Shown here: piece after piece, positions 61,655 through 64,000 of the stretch
Layout of the letters: each line of letters starts with the position of its first letter
Position numbering within the stretch: position 1 is the first letter of the stretch
Source of the DNA: Lobosporangium transversale
Lineage: Eukaryota
Assembly: GCF_002105155.1 (NCBI RefSeq)
Contig: NW_019028980.1
Location: 992,001 to 1,056,000, forward strand
DNA length: 64,000 nt
Direction: 5' to 3'
Program-made: the position numbers and the translations under genes
Notes under the pieces: model-generated
Database searches by the model: none
Told to the model about the DNA's origin: nothing
What the model saw: only the letters and a program-made list of their open reading frames with translations

Positions 61655-64000
61655 GTTTTGTTTTACTTTCTTCTTTTCATTTCCTTCGAAAGCGCGTGTC
61701 ATTAATGAAATGGATACACGATCAAGAGTTCGAGAGTCATCGAGCGCTATTATTCCTATTCCTCGTTTCGCATGTTGTAGTAGTAAGTCTATAATTCTAA
61801 AAAAAAAGTAGTCATAGAAATAAAGGTCCGTATAATGCAATTCTAACCGTGCGGAACAAATCTTCTATGGCTTTGAAAGTACACATCTCCAGACTTGAAC
61901 GTTGATCCGCGGATTATCTCTGTATTTTTGGCGCTGTCGACGATCAAGAAACAGATTATGCAGGAAATGGATAAATTTCTGGCGATATGTTGGGATCGAT
62001 TAGGCGTTCAATCTCCGGAGCAACAGCGACTCTCGACAGATCAGCCTCAGAACGAATCGCCCAATCATCACCATCATCATAGCAGTAGCAACAATAGCAG
62101 TGGTAGTAATGCCAACCGTGGCAACTCAAATTCAGTTGCTAGCGTATTTACGCCAGGAAGATGTGTACCTGTCCTCGTGTTTGTGATCGAGCGAGTTCCT
62201 GTTGTGGTACCATGGTTTGATTCTGGAGCCACTGAAAGCCAGATTGTTGAGGTAAATATATATATATGGCTCTTTGTTACTTTATTTGTATACGAATCTA
62301 ACAGCACGCTTCTCTCTTTTCTTATGATATTACTATAGCAATTAAGACAACACGTACTCAAAAAATCAGTCGACGCATTGCAGACAAGATTAAGATACGT
62401 CTTCAGAGCATGCAAATTGATCCAGAGTCTCGACGCTCCGGCTGGAGTATTTGACGCGTGAGTGAGGGATCCCTAAGAGAAGGAAACAGAAGGAGTGATG
62501 ATGACTATTACTGCTACCGCTATCGTTATTATTGCTAAGTCTTTTTTTTTTTTTTTTTTTTTTTTTTCGCACCAGTCGACAGCTTTTTGTGCTACCAGGC
62601 CCATCATCCACGCCATTTGTTCATGTCATCCCATACTTTACAGGACAACTAAATCTACTACAAACGGACTACGCACTATCATCACCAGCAACAACATTGA
62701 CAACTTCCATGCACAGTAGCAACGACGTGAATGGTGGAGATGCTGTACTAGATCCGGCGGAAGAAGTGCTGTTAAGGCAAAAGATTAAGTCTGCACCAAA
62801 CAAGAAACATGGAGGAGGAGGAAGTCAAGGTTCAAAAGGCCAATTTTCAAGGAATAGTCAACGGGAGAAGACAGCGCATGTAGGAGCGACTTTGCTATCG
62901 TCACAAGCAACCATTGATAAAAAGACGCAGTTCAACAATACCTTTAACTTGTTTGGTATACCAGCACTACGAGATGTTTATGATGCAGCAGTGCATATAA
63001 GAGATAACTCACTTGCTGCAGGAACTAGTCGAGAAGATACCGCCGTCGTTACTTCAACAACACCGAGTGTGTCACTAGGTTCATTATATTTGGATTATTC
63101 AGAACCGTTGTTGAAGCAATTCGTGTATGGATGGCTCAAGAACCTTTCCACAACTGGTGGATATGGCAACGCTGTCGGAAAGCGAAACGTTGGAAATGTC
63201 GATGTATGTTTTGTTTTTTTTATGATGTTACTGTTGTGGTTATTGATTTCACAATGTTAAAAAAAAAGTCTTGGCGTTTCTCCAGTTTTTCCTGTTACCA
63301 ATGACCAATGAGAAGATATCTAGCTAAGACAGGCCTTGCATATGCTAACTTTCTCCCCATTTGCTCTCCTTCTCCCTTTTTTCCTTACAGTTACCCACAT
63401 TGAAACAGTGGCTGGCAGGGAGCTTAGGCGTTTGTGAAGCGCTTGGTATGGGCTCCTTTGCATCGCCTATCATCATGCGGGACCAGACCGATATGACGGG
63501 ATCGACAGATGATACTGATTCTGGCGTTGTTGATCAAAGTCAAGCATCGGGAGAAGACCAACCATTGAATACCAAATTGTCAAAGTCAAGCGCTAACTTA
63601 GGTTCAGGAGGAGGACGACGTTCTGGCGGTAAAAGATACTCGCAGCGATGTGTCAACATGGTACAAAAGAAAATCCAGGATTATGTTCTTACGGATGAGG
63701 TGATGGAAGAACTGTAAGTCATGGATTAAGTTTTCTTTTTTTTTTTTTTTTTATTATTATTTATTTTTTTTAACATTTTGGGAAAATCACTTTATGAAGG
63801 TATGGTTCAAAGATAGATGGGATAGCAACAACATCATCAGCTTCCACATCGACTAGAGCTCATTCCGAGAGGTACCATCAACTGAAGGTAAGGGAAATAC
63901 ACGTTACGCAATGTAACACATGCTCCGACTCAGAAGTTGCGGGAACTAAGCCCTGATTATCAAGACATGACATGAGAGGAGACGAATAAAAAAAATACCT
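60452..64000 (+). CDS. SMG8: Probable nonsense-mediated decay factor SMG8, multi-exon, runs off the window end
   Basis: Segments TPGRCVPVLVFV, LQTRLRYVFRACKLI, LFVLP...PFVHVIP and LPTLKQWLAGS occur in the order of recalled SMG8 blocks (PCPPRLLFLF, LEDQIYRIFRKSRVL, LFTVPANQAFVYIVP, LPTYQKWISAA). Confidence 0.7.

Overview
AT-rich, intron-containing eukaryotic DNA with very frequent poly(A)/poly(T) tracts. Gene content (Ral GTPase, SMG8-like, GT10 fucosyltransferase, NACHT-pentapeptide-WD40 protein) suggests an early-diverging fungus, probably Mortierellaceae (inference). Housekeeping-type genes: tRNA-Arg(ACG), a tandem Myb/SANT-like protein, Ral, alpha-1,3-fucosyltransferase, chitin deacetylase, Eps1-like PDI, hexokinase, TspO, LSM12, SIL1, beta-COP and a 3'-truncated SMG8-like gene. 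An accessory island (about 30.1-47 kb) holds an NLR-like gene and a Mutator-like element. In that element a Ulp1-type protease can be spliced in frame to the transposase; it also carries a 107-bp tandem array, a divergent degenerate second Ulp1 copy and an unknown Cys/His gene, a layout reminiscent of plant VANDAL elements. The island also has MITEs and an Ssu72 relic. Other highlights: a tRNA-headed SINE with a perfect 21-bp target-site duplication next to the tRNA gene, a probable AT-AC (U12-type) intron in LSM12, and two unidentified structured non-coding segments. All calls come from manual reading and motif recall; no searches were run.
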